A DNA stretch of 40,000 nt from Gammaproteobacteria bacterium (GCA_965222625.1 OZ244962.1:1459582-1499581), one strand, 5' to 3'. Shown: positions 17,941 to 27,739, counted from the first letter of the stretch. Notes: generated from the sequence alone by a model not told the origin. Numbers and translations are program-made.

Positions 17941-19110
17941 ATGAATATAGCCTTCGTCCCAGTAAGATGTGGAAGCAAATCTATTCCCTTTAAAAATATA
18001 AAAGTTTTTTGCGGCAAACCTTTGGTTTACTGGAACTTAGAAGCCTTACAAAATTCTACCAATATTGACCATATTGTGGTGGCAACAGACTGCAAAGAAA
18101 TAAAAGATAAAGTGAATGGCTTTAATTTCTCTAAAGTAAGGGTTTATGACAGAGAACCCAAAAATGCAAATGATGTAGCAAGCACAGAGTCTGTAATGCT
18201 TGAATTTATAGATAAAAACAGTTTTGATGCCGACGATTTGTTTTTATTAGTTCAGGCCACTTCACCACTTACGCAAACTAAAGATTTTGATCGGGCTCTT
18301 GAAAAACTTCAGAAAGACAAGTCAAACTCTCTACTTACTTGTACACGGACAAAACGGTTTTTTTGGACGGATGACAATACTCCGTTGAATTATGACTTTC
18401 AATCTCGCCCCAGAAGGCAAGATTTTAAGGGGATGTTGGTGGAGAATGGAGCATTCTATATAAACAGCATTAAAAATATAAAAAAATATAAGAATAGGCT
18501 CAGCGGAAAGATCTCTATATATGAAATGGAAGAGTTTACTACTATTGAGATAGATGAAGATGATGATTGGGCAATAGCTGAAAAACTAATGTACAAACAC
18601 GTCTTAGCCAATAAGAAAAAGAGAAAAATAAAACTGTTTTTGTCCGATGTAGATGGGACACTCACTGATGCTGGCATGTACTATGGAGAGAATGGAGAAG
18701 AGCTTAAAAAATTTAACACCCACGATGGAAAAGGCTTCGAACTCTTAAGAATGGCCGGCGTAAAAACAGGCATTATCACCAGTGAAACCACTAAAATAGT
18801 AGAAAATCGAGCCCGGAAAATAAAGGTTGATTATCTATATCAAGGATTAGAGCACAAAGGCAAATTATCTATTGTCAAAGAAATTTGCCTAAAAGAAAAT
18901 ATAAGCCTAGATGAAGTCGCTTATATTGGCGATGACATCAATTGCAAGGAGCTTCTTGAAAGTGTTGGTTTATGCGCATGCCCTAAGGACGCACAAGATC
19001 AAATACAAAACATACCCAGCATAATTAAGCTTTCTAAGAATGGTGGTTATGGAGCTGTGAGAGAGTTTATAAACAAAATACTATTATTTAACAAATTTTA
19101 TTACAAATAA
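17941..19110 (+). CDS. Bifunctional CMP-nonulosonate synthetase (NeuA-type cytidylyltransferase) fused to a HAD-IIIA (KdsC-type) sugar-acid phosphatase
   Basis: N-terminus AFVPVRCGSKSIPFKNIK (CTP_transf_3). C-terminus LSDVDGTLTD...THDGKG...IGDDINC...CPKDA (KdsC / nonulosonate-9-P phosphatase motifs). Confidence 0.85.
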   Translation: MNIAFVPVRCGSKSIPFKNIKVFCGKPLVYWNLEALQNSTNIDHIVVATDCKEIKDKVNGFNFSKVRVYDREPKNANDVASTESVMLEFIDKNSFDADDLFLLVQATSPLTQTKDFDRALEKLQKDKSNSLLTCTRTKRFFWTDDNTPLNYDFQSRPRRQDFKGMLVENGAFYINSIKNIKKYKNRLSGKISIYEMEEFTTIEIDEDDDWAIAEKLMYKHVLANKKKRKIKLFLSDVDGTLTDAGMYYGENGEELKKFNTHDGKGFELLRMAGVKTGIITSETTKIVENRARKIKVDYLYQGLEHKGKLSIVKEICLKENISLDEVAYIGDDINCKELLESVGLCACPKDAQDQIQNIPSIIKLSKNGGYGAVREFINKILLFNKFYYK

Positions 19111-20205
19111 GTGATACATATATTTTTTATTGGATACGTTCTCTCTGTCCTAATTCATCAAGATTTCGATAAATTAGGACTTGTAGTGTATGGCGTAATT
19201 GGGCTATCGTATAGGGTAAGAAACATAAGCACCATCAACACTAGAGCGGATATTCTTCTGCTGTTTTGCTTGTATTTAATATTTTCGTCTATTGCCTTTT
19301 TCACTAATGAAGTGTTATTTGTTTCAATCGCGTTTTTATTGCAGTTTGGAATTTTCTACTACGTATATCTTAAGGTTACAAAGCATGGAGACGAATTAAT
19401 ATTTAGCTGGTTAAAGATGTTAATCATATATCAAGTTGTTTTTGTCGTCATAGGGCTGATAGATTTTACTTTGTATCAAAATGGAATTGTTAGTTTTATA
19501 AAAGACTATGCTAAGGACTGGAAAATTGATTCTTTGTATGGAAACCCTAACCCTTTTGGGATTATGTCTAGCGTCTTATTCTTATCACTTTTATATTTCA
19601 AGAATTTATTATATCAATTTAGAAAGTTGTTATTAGCAATCTTAATAATGGGAGTGTTTTTAAGTGGTTCCGACATGGCTTTGGTTATTGCCATAGCTGG
19701 CTCTTTATTAAAAATAATTAGCCTAAAGTCAGCGTATAAATTTTTGGGTATTTTTATAATATTAGGTGCCGCTTTATTGGTCAACTTAGACGCTGATTTT
19801 TTAGATGGTGTTTTTAATAGAAGACTAAGATTGTGGACATATGCACTGTATCTTTATCAAGGCAATTATTTATTTGGCCTTGGCACTGGTGGCTTTGAAG
19901 ATATAGTATATAGCCAGTTTGGTTTAGGCTATGGACTGCATTCAATGTTTTTTTGGCTGATTACAGAATGCGGGGCGCTTGGAGTCCTTATATATGGGTA
20001 TTTTCTGTATGTTATATTTAGTCTGGAGACATTTGGCGACACATCCATCACTCTATTAAAGAAAATATTTCTTATGACTTTATTGTCTCAATTTACAGAA
20101 TTCTTCATAGACCATGTGGAATTTTTTCAATTATTTTACCATTTTCTAATAGGGGCTATACTTGGCAAATATTATTATCTTAAAAAAGATCGGATGATAA
20201 ATTGA
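19111..20205 (+). CDS. Polytopic membrane protein, Wzy/O-antigen-ligase-like polymerase
   Basis: GTG start directly after the upstream stop. ~10 TM helices with a larger loop. Assignment rests on context within the glycan locus; no diagnostic motif was recognised. Confidence 0.55.
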   Translation: MIHIFFIGYVLSVLIHQDFDKLGLVVYGVIGLSYRVRNISTINTRADILLLFCLYLIFSSIAFFTNEVLFVSIAFLLQFGIFYYVYLKVTKHGDELIFSWLKMLIIYQVVFVVIGLIDFTLYQNGIVSFIKDYAKDWKIDSLYGNPNPFGIMSSVLFLSLLYFKNLLYQFRKLLLAILIMGVFLSGSDMALVIAIAGSLLKIISLKSAYKFLGIFIILGAALLVNLDADFLDGVFNRRLRLWTYALYLYQGNYLFGLGTGGFEDIVYSQFGLGYGLHSMFFWLITECGALGVLIYGYFLYVIFSLETFGDTSITLLKKIFLMTLLSQFTEFFIDHVEFFQLFYHFLIGAILGKYYYLKKDRMIN

Positions 20206-21389
20206 AAAAAATCTTATTCGTAGCTTATGGCGGAGGGCATATAAACACGTTATTGCCGATAGCAAAAAAATTAGACCCCTCAAGTTATGAGGTGTGTTTT
20301 TTTGCTTTAACAACATCTATAGATAAGTTAAAACAAACTGACTTTAAATATTACACTTATAGAGATTTTTTCTATAGTGATGAGGTACAAGGTTACGGCA
20401 AAAAAATAACTGCAGGTCTAGACACGATTAAGCTGAACGATGAAGAAAGCATCTCGTATCTAGGGCAGAATTATTTGGAACTGGTTCAAACGCATGGCGC
20501 CGTAGAAGCAGACAAGCTTTATAGAAAATCTAATCGGCAAATATTTGAACCCATTAAAAGTATGGAATATGTTTTGAAAAAAATAAACCCAGACCTAGTG
20601 GTTTCTACAAGTTCACCTAGAAGTGAAAAATGTATCATTCAAGCCGCAGGCAAACTTGGCATAAAGAGCATAGCTTTAATTGATTTGTTTGCTGTTCGGT
20701 GTACCTCCTGGTTTAAAAAAAATAATTTTGCTAATAAAGTATGCGTTTTTTCGACGGTGGTTAAGTCTTATTTAACTTTAAATGGCAGGAATGAGGCTGA
20801 CATAATGGTTACGGGTAACCCGGTATTTGACCAGCTGGTAAACAATTCCAATGCGGCAAAAAAACAAAATGATGTATATAGGGTACTGTGGGCTTCGCAA
20901 AAGGAACCAGAATATTTTGCCGAGTTTGGCACACATGGCAACTCTAATTTGCCCTTAGAAATAGAAAAAAAATTAATTGAGATATTTAAAGATAAAAAGT
21001 GGACGTTAGTAGTAAGGAATCACCCCAACGAAGAATCCAGAAAGTATCCGGATTTTGTAGAAATCAGTGCTTCATCAACCAAGCTAATTGAGACATTGAA
21101 TAGTGTTGATTTGGTCATAACCTGCACTTCGACTGTTGGCTTAGAGGGCTTAATCTTAGGAAAAGATTTAATAACCATAGATATGTCCGTTATTACCCCG
21201 ACAATTCCTTTCTCAAAATATGGATATTCCGTAGGCATTAATAATTTAGATCAACTGGCCGACTCAATTAAAAAAATGTATGACAACAGAAAGTTAAAAA
21301 AGAAAAGAAAATATAGTATAAAAAATGCTACGGAAAATGTAATAGTTGAAATTGAAAAATTGTTAAAAACAAATAATAAAAGTGATTAA
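20202..21389 (+). CDS. GT-B-fold-like glycosyltransferase (candidate nonulosonate transferase), function unproven
   Basis: TTG start overlapping the upstream stop. N-terminus KKILFVAYGGGHINTLLPIAKKL resembles the MurG/PseG-type glycine loop. Confidence 0.45.
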   Translation: MKKILFVAYGGGHINTLLPIAKKLDPSSYEVCFFALTTSIDKLKQTDFKYYTYRDFFYSDEVQGYGKKITAGLDTIKLNDEESISYLGQNYLELVQTHGAVEADKLYRKSNRQIFEPIKSMEYVLKKINPDLVVSTSSPRSEKCIIQAAGKLGIKSIALIDLFAVRCTSWFKKNNFANKVCVFSTVVKSYLTLNGRNEADIMVTGNPVFDQLVNNSNAAKKQNDVYRVLWASQKEPEYFAEFGTHGNSNLPLEIEKKLIEIFKDKKWTLVVRNHPNEESRKYPDFVEISASSTKLIETLNSVDLVITCTSTVGLEGLILGKDLITIDMSVITPTIPFSKYGYSVGINNLDQLADSIKKMYDNRKLKKKRKYSIKNATENVIVEIEKLLKTNNKSD

Positions 21390-22644
21390 AAGTATACTTA
21401 GGAACGGTTTGATTCTTAGCCTTGGCATATTAATAGGAAGATTAAGCGGCTACATAAGAGAACTGATTATTGCTTATAAATTTGGTGTGAGTACTCAGGC
21501 CGACAATATTATTTTAATGCTGACTATTCCTGATTTATTAAACAATCTTTTAGCCGGCGGAGCCATATCTGGAATCCTTATCCCCTTAATATCTCGAGAG
21601 GAAGATGTAAAAAGACTATTAACAGAATTTACAAAAAAATTATTTTTTATTTTTTTGGCCATGTATATATTCATAGTTTCCATTTTATTTTTTACATATG
21701 ATTTATATATATTTTCACTATTAACCATATCTTTATTGTCAGTATTTCCAAACGTATTTACATTTATTTCTTCATCATACTTGCAATATAAGAAACGATT
21801 CAAGGCTCAGTCGTTAAACACCTTGGTTTTTAATGTTGTAATAATAGTGTTTTTATTATTGGGGTTTCAAAACTATATTTTTGCCGTCGGGGTCATTGTC
21901 GCAAGTTTAGCTAGAATGATTTGGATAAGCTATGATTTAACGTTTACCAATATGCAATTTAGGTCTTTTTTTGTCGCCGACACAAATAAGGCTAATAAAA
22001 TAAAATACCGGCTAATGGTGTTCATGATCCTTGCAAATGGTCTTATCTTTATAAACCCAATGCTAGACAAGCTATTTGCTTCTTTTTTACAAGCAGGATC
22101 TGTGGCTATACTGTCTTATTCAGAAAAAATATACTTATTGCCTGTTTCTGTTTTTTTAACCACTTATGCCGTAGCTATGCTTCCTGAATTATCAAAAATG
22201 ATAGCTAATGGTGATACAAGTAATATTGGCAGAATGCTAAAGAAAACCATCATATTTAACATTGCAATATCCTTATGTATTGCCATTTTCATGTATATTT
22301 TTAGCTACGATATCGTAAAACTTTTCTATGGAGTGGCTAACATTGAAGATGAAAACTCTATGTTGATTTCTACAGTCTTAGATGGCTACTTACTGTCCTT
22401 AGTATTTGTAGGTGCTAACAGCATATTGCTAAATATATTTTTTGCCTATAAATGGTATGGCAAATTAATATACTATTCGCTCTTCATGTTATCGAGTAAA
22501 GTAGTTATCAATGGATTACTGGTTTATTTTAATTATGATGTTTTTCATATCGCAGCAAGCACTTCGCTACTAATGGTTTTATCTGTAATTATATTACTGA
22601 GCACTTATCTAATGTCAACAACAGGAATAAGGACCCTTCAATGA
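21382..22644 (+). CDS. MurJ/MviN-like MOP-superfamily flippase (Wzx role)
   Basis: GRLSGYIRELIIAYKFGVSTQADNIILMLTIPDLLNNLLAGGAISGILIPL matches the MurJ N-terminal pattern. ~12-14 TM helices. Confidence 0.75.
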   Translation: MIKSILRNGLILSLGILIGRLSGYIRELIIAYKFGVSTQADNIILMLTIPDLLNNLLAGGAISGILIPLISREEDVKRLLTEFTKKLFFIFLAMYIFIVSILFFTYDLYIFSLLTISLLSVFPNVFTFISSSYLQYKKRFKAQSLNTLVFNVVIIVFLLLGFQNYIFAVGVIVASLARMIWISYDLTFTNMQFRSFFVADTNKANKIKYRLMVFMILANGLIFINPMLDKLFASFLQAGSVAILSYSEKIYLLPVSVFLTTYAVAMLPELSKMIANGDTSNIGRMLKKTIIFNIAISLCIAIFMYIFSYDIVKLFYGVANIEDENSMLISTVLDGYLLSLVFVGANSILLNIFFAYKWYGKLIYYSLFMLSSKVVINGLLVYFNYDVFHIAASTSLLMVLSVIILLSTYLMSTTGIRTLQ

Positions 22645-23438
22645 AAACAATGATTCTTGACAATAACCTAGAAAACATAAAGATGTACGATGAATCTGGC
22701 GTAGATAGAATATTTGTAGATTTAGAGATCAGAGGCAAGATTGAAAGACAAGGTCATCTCGACACCGTAATCAGCACACATCATTTGGATGACATTAAAC
22801 GTATAAAGCCAATTTTGCAGAATGCGGAATTATTGGTCAGAGCAAACCCTATTTATGATGGTAGTGCGGAAGAAATAAGCACTATAATTAACAACGGCGC
22901 GGATGTCGTTATGTTGCCTATGTTTAAAACGCCTAAAGAAGTTGAGCTATTCATAAGCTATGTGGATGGCAAAGCTAAAACCTGCCTGCTATTAGAAACC
23001 TCTGAGGCTCTATGTAGAGTAAACGACATCTTAGAAATTGATGGAATAGATGAAATACACATTGGCTTGAATGACTTACATTTAGCGATGGGACTTGATT
23101 TTATGTTTGAACTTATGGGCGACGGCCTTATAGAGTATTTGTCTGATAAGTTTAAGGCTAAAAACATTAGTTTTGGTATAGGTGGCGTGGCAAAGATGGA
23201 TGAAGGCATACTTTCAGGTAATATTATTATAAAAGAGCATGTACGCTTGGGATCATCAATGGTAATTCTTTCCAGAACGTTTAAATCAAGTCTGAATAAA
23301 AATGTTTTTAAAAAAGAGATAGCAAAATTACATCAAGAAGTGAAAAAAGCCAAAAATATGACGATGGCAATGTTAAATGAAAATAAAACATTGTTGAAAA
23401 CAAAGATAGCAAATATCGTCGCGCCAGTCAAAGATTAG
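22641..23438 (+). CDS. HpcH/HpaI-type aldolase / PEP-utilising TIM-barrel family protein
   Basis: GADVVMLPMFKTPKEVE...LLLETSEAL...IDEIHIGLNDLHLAMG pattern. ATG overlaps the upstream stop. Confidence 0.6.
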   Translation: MKTMILDNNLENIKMYDESGVDRIFVDLEIRGKIERQGHLDTVISTHHLDDIKRIKPILQNAELLVRANPIYDGSAEEISTIINNGADVVMLPMFKTPKEVELFISYVDGKAKTCLLLETSEALCRVNDILEIDGIDEIHIGLNDLHLAMGLDFMFELMGDGLIEYLSDKFKAKNISFGIGGVAKMDEGILSGNIIIKEHVRLGSSMVILSRTFKSSLNKNVFKKEIAKLHQEVKKAKNMTMAMLNENKTLLKTKIANIVAPVKD

Positions 23439-23445
23439 AAACCTA

Positions 23446-24012
23446 ATGTATCAACATTTCTTCAAAAGATTGATAGATTTTGCCGCTGCTTTGGTGCTAT
23501 TGTCGATTTTAATTCTTCCGGCCATTATTATAGCTATTTTAATAAAGCTTGATTCTGAGGGCAGTGTCTTTTATAGGCAAACAAGAATAGGCAAGCGGAC
23601 GAAAGAGTTTAAAATATTTAAATTTAGAACGATGATTTCAAACTCAGACAAACTGGGAGGCTACAGTACAAATGCGCAAGACAGCCGCATTACAAAAGCA
23701 GGTAGCTTCCTAAGAAAAACCAGCTTAGATGAATTGCCCCAAATATTAAACATATTGTTGGGCGAAATGAGCTTAATTGGGCCGAGGCCAGACGTGCCGC
23801 AACAAAAAAAGAACTATACCGAAGAAGAGTTTATAAAAAGGCACCGCGTCTTACCGGGCATAACAGGATTGGCTCAATGTAGAAATCGACATGGCACAAC
23901 AAACGAATCAAGAAAAAAATATGATATTTTTTACACTAACAAGATTAGCTTTATTTTAGATATGAAAATAGTTTTGTGGACTTTGATAACCTTAAAAAAA
24001 GGGAGTTACTAA
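23446..24012 (+). CDS. Small (PglC/WbaP C-terminal type) undecaprenyl-phosphate sugar-phosphotransferase, initiating enzyme
   Basis: Re-entrant helix (LIDFAAALVLLSILILPAIIIAILIKL), FKFRTM, DELPQILNILLGEMSLIGPRP. Confidence 0.88.
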   Translation: MYQHFFKRLIDFAAALVLLSILILPAIIIAILIKLDSEGSVFYRQTRIGKRTKEFKIFKFRTMISNSDKLGGYSTNAQDSRITKAGSFLRKTSLDELPQILNILLGEMSLIGPRPDVPQQKKNYTEEEFIKRHRVLPGITGLAQCRNRHGTTNESRKKYDIFYTNKISFILDMKIVLWTLITLKKGSY

Positions 24013-25776
24013 ATGTGTGGCGTGGCTGGCTTTATCAATAAAAATAAAAACTTTGATAAAAAGAAATATATTGAAGATACTCTAAACAAACTCAACCATC
24101 GAGGGCCAGATGAACATGGGGTGTTTGATGAAAATGGCATTTGCCTGTTAAACACAAGACTGAGCATTATAGACGTAGCTGGTGGACACCAACCTTTTGT
24201 TAGCGATGACAAAAACATAATCGTAGTGCAAAATGGGGAAATTTATAACTTTGTAGAGATAAAAGAAGCGCTTGAAAAAGACGGCGTTAGATTTGATACT
24301 AACAGCGACACAGAGGTAATTCTTAGGTCCTATGAGAAGTATGGCGTTGAGTGCTTTGCTAAATTTAACGGAATGTTTGCCATTATTATTTTTGATAAAA
24401 ACAATAATAAGCTAATATTGGGCCGAGATAGATTAGGGGTAAAGCCTTTATACATTTATCAGAGAGGCGAAGACATTCATTTTTCATCAGAGATTAAAAG
24501 TTTTTTATCTTATACAAATTTTGATAACTCTATCGATAAGCAATCTATACATAATTACATGAAGTTTAATTATGTGCCAATACCGGATACCATTTATAAA
24601 TATGTTAAGCATGTGGAGCCGGCTTGTTTCTATGAAATAGACATTAATGACTTTAGTTTGCGAAAAACCAGATACTGGAAAATAGAAAATACTAAAGAAA
24701 TGGAAGATGTAAGCGAAGAACACATCTTCACAGAAATAGATAAAACATTAACCAACGCTATAAAAATAAGACTAAGAAGTGATGTGGGTATCGGTGCTTT
24801 TTTAAGTGGCGGATTAGATTCGAGTCTAGTGTGCGCAATGACAAAGGACAACTTTGATGTTTCTTTAGATACGTATTCTATTGGATTTGAAGAAAAAAGA
24901 TTTGATGAGTCTATGTGGGCTAAGCAGGTGGCTGATTATTGTGGGCTTAATAACAATGCACATATATTACAAAGCAATATCATTGATTTATGGGGGGAGA
25001 CAACATGGCATAATGACCAACCTCATGGAGATATATCCTTTATACCTACCTATATTCTTGCGGAATTTGCGGCAAAAGATTACAAACTTGTATTTACCGG
25101 TGATGGAGGAGACGAGGCCTTTGCTGGATACGAAAAATACTTTAGCGTATTTGACAATGACTTAAACACCTACTTTGATTCTATCTCACTGATTAAAGAT
25201 GATAATATATTTAATCATCTTTATACGGACGCATTTAAAAAAGAGATTGATTATTCCGTCCCTCTTAAAATATTTAATTCTATAACCGATGAAGTTAGTG
25301 AAAAAGACGATGTAAATAAAATTTTACATTTTGATACTAGGCAATTATTGCCCGGGAACAATTTAGTTAAGCCTGACAAAATGGCCATGGCGCATTCTCT
25401 TGAGACTAGAAGTCCACTACTTGACTATAGGTTATTTGAGCTAATGCAAAGTGTACATGGCAGCTTTAAATTGAGAGAAAATGAAACCAAGTATATTTTA
25501 AAGAAATTTTCTTTGAAATATTTGCCAAAGGATGTTGTGTATAGAAAAAAACAAATGTTTACCGTTCCTGTTGGCGAATGGTTTAAGACCAAACTTAAAA
25601 GTTATGTCGTGAACATTATCAATAGTGACAGCTTGAAAAGCCGAAAAATTTTCAATCCTGTTTATTTAAATATGATGTTAGATGATCATATAAATAATAA
25701 AAAAGATTACACCAGGGAATTAAGAGCGATTGTTAACCTAGAGATCTGGTTTAGAAAATTTGAAGAAACAAATTAA
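24013..25776 (+). CDS. Glutamine-hydrolysing asparagine synthase family amidotransferase (AsnB/WbpS-like)
   Basis: N-terminal MCGVAGF (Ntn Cys2) and the PP-loop FLSGGLDSS. Last gene of the glycan locus. Confidence 0.88.
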   Translation: MCGVAGFINKNKNFDKKKYIEDTLNKLNHRGPDEHGVFDENGICLLNTRLSIIDVAGGHQPFVSDDKNIIVVQNGEIYNFVEIKEALEKDGVRFDTNSDTEVILRSYEKYGVECFAKFNGMFAIIIFDKNNNKLILGRDRLGVKPLYIYQRGEDIHFSSEIKSFLSYTNFDNSIDKQSIHNYMKFNYVPIPDTIYKYVKHVEPACFYEIDINDFSLRKTRYWKIENTKEMEDVSEEHIFTEIDKTLTNAIKIRLRSDVGIGAFLSGGLDSSLVCAMTKDNFDVSLDTYSIGFEEKRFDESMWAKQVADYCGLNNNAHILQSNIIDLWGETTWHNDQPHGDISFIPTYILAEFAAKDYKLVFTGDGGDEAFAGYEKYFSVFDNDLNTYFDSISLIKDDNIFNHLYTDAFKKEIDYSVPLKIFNSITDEVSEKDDVNKILHFDTRQLLPGNNLVKPDKMAMAHSLETRSPLLDYRLFELMQSVHGSFKLRENETKYILKKFSLKYLPKDVVYRKKQMFTVPVGEWFKTKLKSYVVNIINSDSLKSRKIFNPVYLNMMLDDHINNKKDYTRELRAIVNLEIWFRKFEETN

Positions 25777-25807
25777 ATTATTGGCTGTGCAGCTAATTGT
25801 AATTAGA

Positions 25808-27186
25808 GACCTTGTAAACCAGATTGTGTAAACCCTCATATTTTATAATCCCTAAAAAGGAGAAAAAACATGAGTAACACAACACTAAGACAAAACCAAA
25901 AGAACCAACTGAACAACACAGGCATCAACCAACAAAAACTACGCGCTTTTGCTGATGAACTTGCCAAAGACATCCACACTCAAGATGACTTAGCAGACCT
26001 ATCTGCCTCACTGGTTAAAATGACCATTGAAGCAGCACTCGGCGGCGAGATGGAACATCATCTTGGCTATCCAAAGCATGGACAGAATAACAATACAATT
26101 GATATAAATAGTAACGCTCGCAATGGCTACTACCCGAAGATTGTTAAAAGCAATCATAGCGAAATTAAACTCGCCATTCCAAGGGATCGTAGTGGCGATT
26201 TTGAGCCCTTAATCGTTGAAAAAGGCCAAACACGATTGGGTGCTTTCGATTCTCAAATATTAAGCCTGTATGCTAAAGGCATGTCCACTCGTGACATCGT
26301 ATCAACCTTTAAAGAAATGTACGATGCAGACATATCAGCCACCTTGGTGTCTAATGTAACACAGGCGGTTATTGCTCAAGCAACTGAGTGGCGTAATCGT
26401 CCACTGGATGAGGTCTATCCTATTGTTTATTTAGACGGCATTGTTATTAAAGTCAGGCAAGACAAGCAAATCATTAAAAAGACGATGTATATCGCCCTCG
26501 GCGTTAACCTTGAAGGCAAAAAGGAATGCTTGGGTCTATGGCTGTCTAAAAACGAATCTTCCAAGTTTTGGCTAGGCGTTCTTAATGATATTGCTAATCG
26601 TGGCGTTAAAGACATTCTGATTGCTTCAGTGGATGGCTTAACAGGCTTCCCTGAAGCCATTAATGCCGTATTCCCACAGGCCGATGTTCAGCTATGTATT
26701 GTTCACATGGTGCGTAATTCACTCAAATATGTTGGCTATAAGGATAAAAAACAGGTTGCCAGTAGTCTTAAGCAAATTTATCAATCCATTAGTGAAGATG
26801 AAGCCTTACTTGCACTTGATGAATTTGAGCATCGCTGGGGTAAGCAATTCCCAAGTATTGGCAAATCATGGCGTAGGCATTGGGATAATGTGGCAACAAT
26901 ATTTGCTTATCCTGAGGCTATTAGAAGGGCTATCTATACAACCAATGCGATTGAATCTTTAAACTCAGTGATTCGTAAATCAATCAAGAATCGCAAGATT
27001 TTTAATCATGATAACTCCGCCTTTAAGGTTGTTTTTTTAGCCATTGAAGCAGCGAGTAAAAGATGGACTATGCCAATACGGAATTGGCCACAAGCAATGA
27101 ATCAGTTTATAATCCTACATGAGGATAGATTAAAGGATTATGTCTGATTTTTGACGAGGACTTTACACAATCTGGTTTACAGGGTC
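25808..27186 (+). mobile_element. IS256-family insertion sequence (~1379 bp)
   Basis: IRL GACCTTGTAAACCAGATTGTGTAAA (25808-25832). IRR is the reverse complement of 27162-27186, GACCCTGTAAACCAGATTGTGTAAA (24/25). The ...ATTGTGTAAA ends are typical of IS256-like IRs. It encloses a mutator-type transposase. Confidence 0.9.
25870..27147 (+). CDS. IS256-family (mutator-type) transposase
   Basis: 425 aa with AGGAGA RBS. Motifs EAALGGEMEHHLGY, DRSGDFEP, IVYLDGI, LIASVDGLTGF, VQLCIVHMVRNS, YTTNAIESLN. Confidence 0.93.
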   Translation: MSNTTLRQNQKNQLNNTGINQQKLRAFADELAKDIHTQDDLADLSASLVKMTIEAALGGEMEHHLGYPKHGQNNNTIDINSNARNGYYPKIVKSNHSEIKLAIPRDRSGDFEPLIVEKGQTRLGAFDSQILSLYAKGMSTRDIVSTFKEMYDADISATLVSNVTQAVIAQATEWRNRPLDEVYPIVYLDGIVIKVRQDKQIIKKTMYIALGVNLEGKKECLGLWLSKNESSKFWLGVLNDIANRGVKDILIASVDGLTGFPEAINAVFPQADVQLCIVHMVRNSLKYVGYKDKKQVASSLKQIYQSISEDEALLALDEFEHRWGKQFPSIGKSWRRHWDNVATIFAYPEAIRRAIYTTNAIESLNSVIRKSIKNRKIFNHDNSAFKVVFLAIEAASKRWTMPIRNWPQAMNQFIILHEDRLKDYV

Positions 27187-27663
27187 GGACTTTACACAAT
27201 CTGGTTTACAGGGTCGTTTAGACAACTGTTTACAGTAACTAAAATATTTTACACATTCACTTGAGTTCATATTGCTGGTTCCTGGATAACATAGTGAAAT
27301 ATAAAATACTGTTTTATCTATTAGCAATGCATTTCTTGATACAAATTTCTTTGCCACTTGGTCTGCTCTATGTTTATCAAGCTCTATAACCACCTGAGTT
27401 TCGTTATTGCTGCCAAAAATATCAATTGAATCTCTTTTTTCAGTGCTTGGAGAGTACTCTAGTTGCCACGATGTATTTGTAATATTGTTTGCTAATGAGT
27501 TACAAATTGCTGATTGGAAATTATTGACTATTTTCTTTTGTTCTGATTGTGATTTACCTAAATGACTATTAAAGAACTCCGAGCAATCAAAGTCGGATAT
27601 GCAAGATATTATTATGCCAATATCTCCTTCCTTCGATGTATATTCATGCAACTTTGGTTTCAT
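27163..27663 (-). CDS. Integron cassette ORF (166 aa), hypothetical; 3' end replaced by IS256 terminal sequence
   Basis: ATG lies 10 nt after the attC at 27674-27730. The last ~18 codons (KRPCKPDCVKSDPVNQIV) are encoded by the duplicated IS256 IRR. No attC follows. Confidence 0.55.
   Translation of the reverse strand: MKPKLHEYTSKEGDIGIIISCISDFDCSEFFNSHLGKSQSEQKKIVNNFQSAICNSLANNITNTSWQLEYSPSTEKRDSIDIFGSNNETQVVIELDKHRADQVAKKFVSRNALLIDKTVFYISLCYPGTSNMNSSECVKYFSYCKQLSKRPCKPDCVKSDPVNQIV
27187..27215 (+). repeat. Second, directly repeated copy of the 29-bp IS256 right end
   Basis: GGACTTTACACAATCTGGTTTACAGGGTC occurs twice head-to-tail (27158-27186 and 27187-27215). Confidence 0.9.
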
Positions 27664-27673
27664 TTATTTTTAC

Positions 27674-27730
27674 ACATAACGCTTGAATTCAACCGACGCG
27701 TTAGCGGTCGGCTGGAATGATTTGTTAGGC
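27674..27730 (-). other. attC recombination site (57 bp)
   Basis: On the minus strand: GCCTAAC-AAATCATTCCAGCCGACCGCTAACGCGTCGGTTGAATTCAAGC-GTTATGT. This gives R'' (RYYYAAC), an imperfect inner palindrome, and R' (GTTRRRY-like). Confidence 0.85.
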
Positions 27731-27739
27731 AATTTTACT

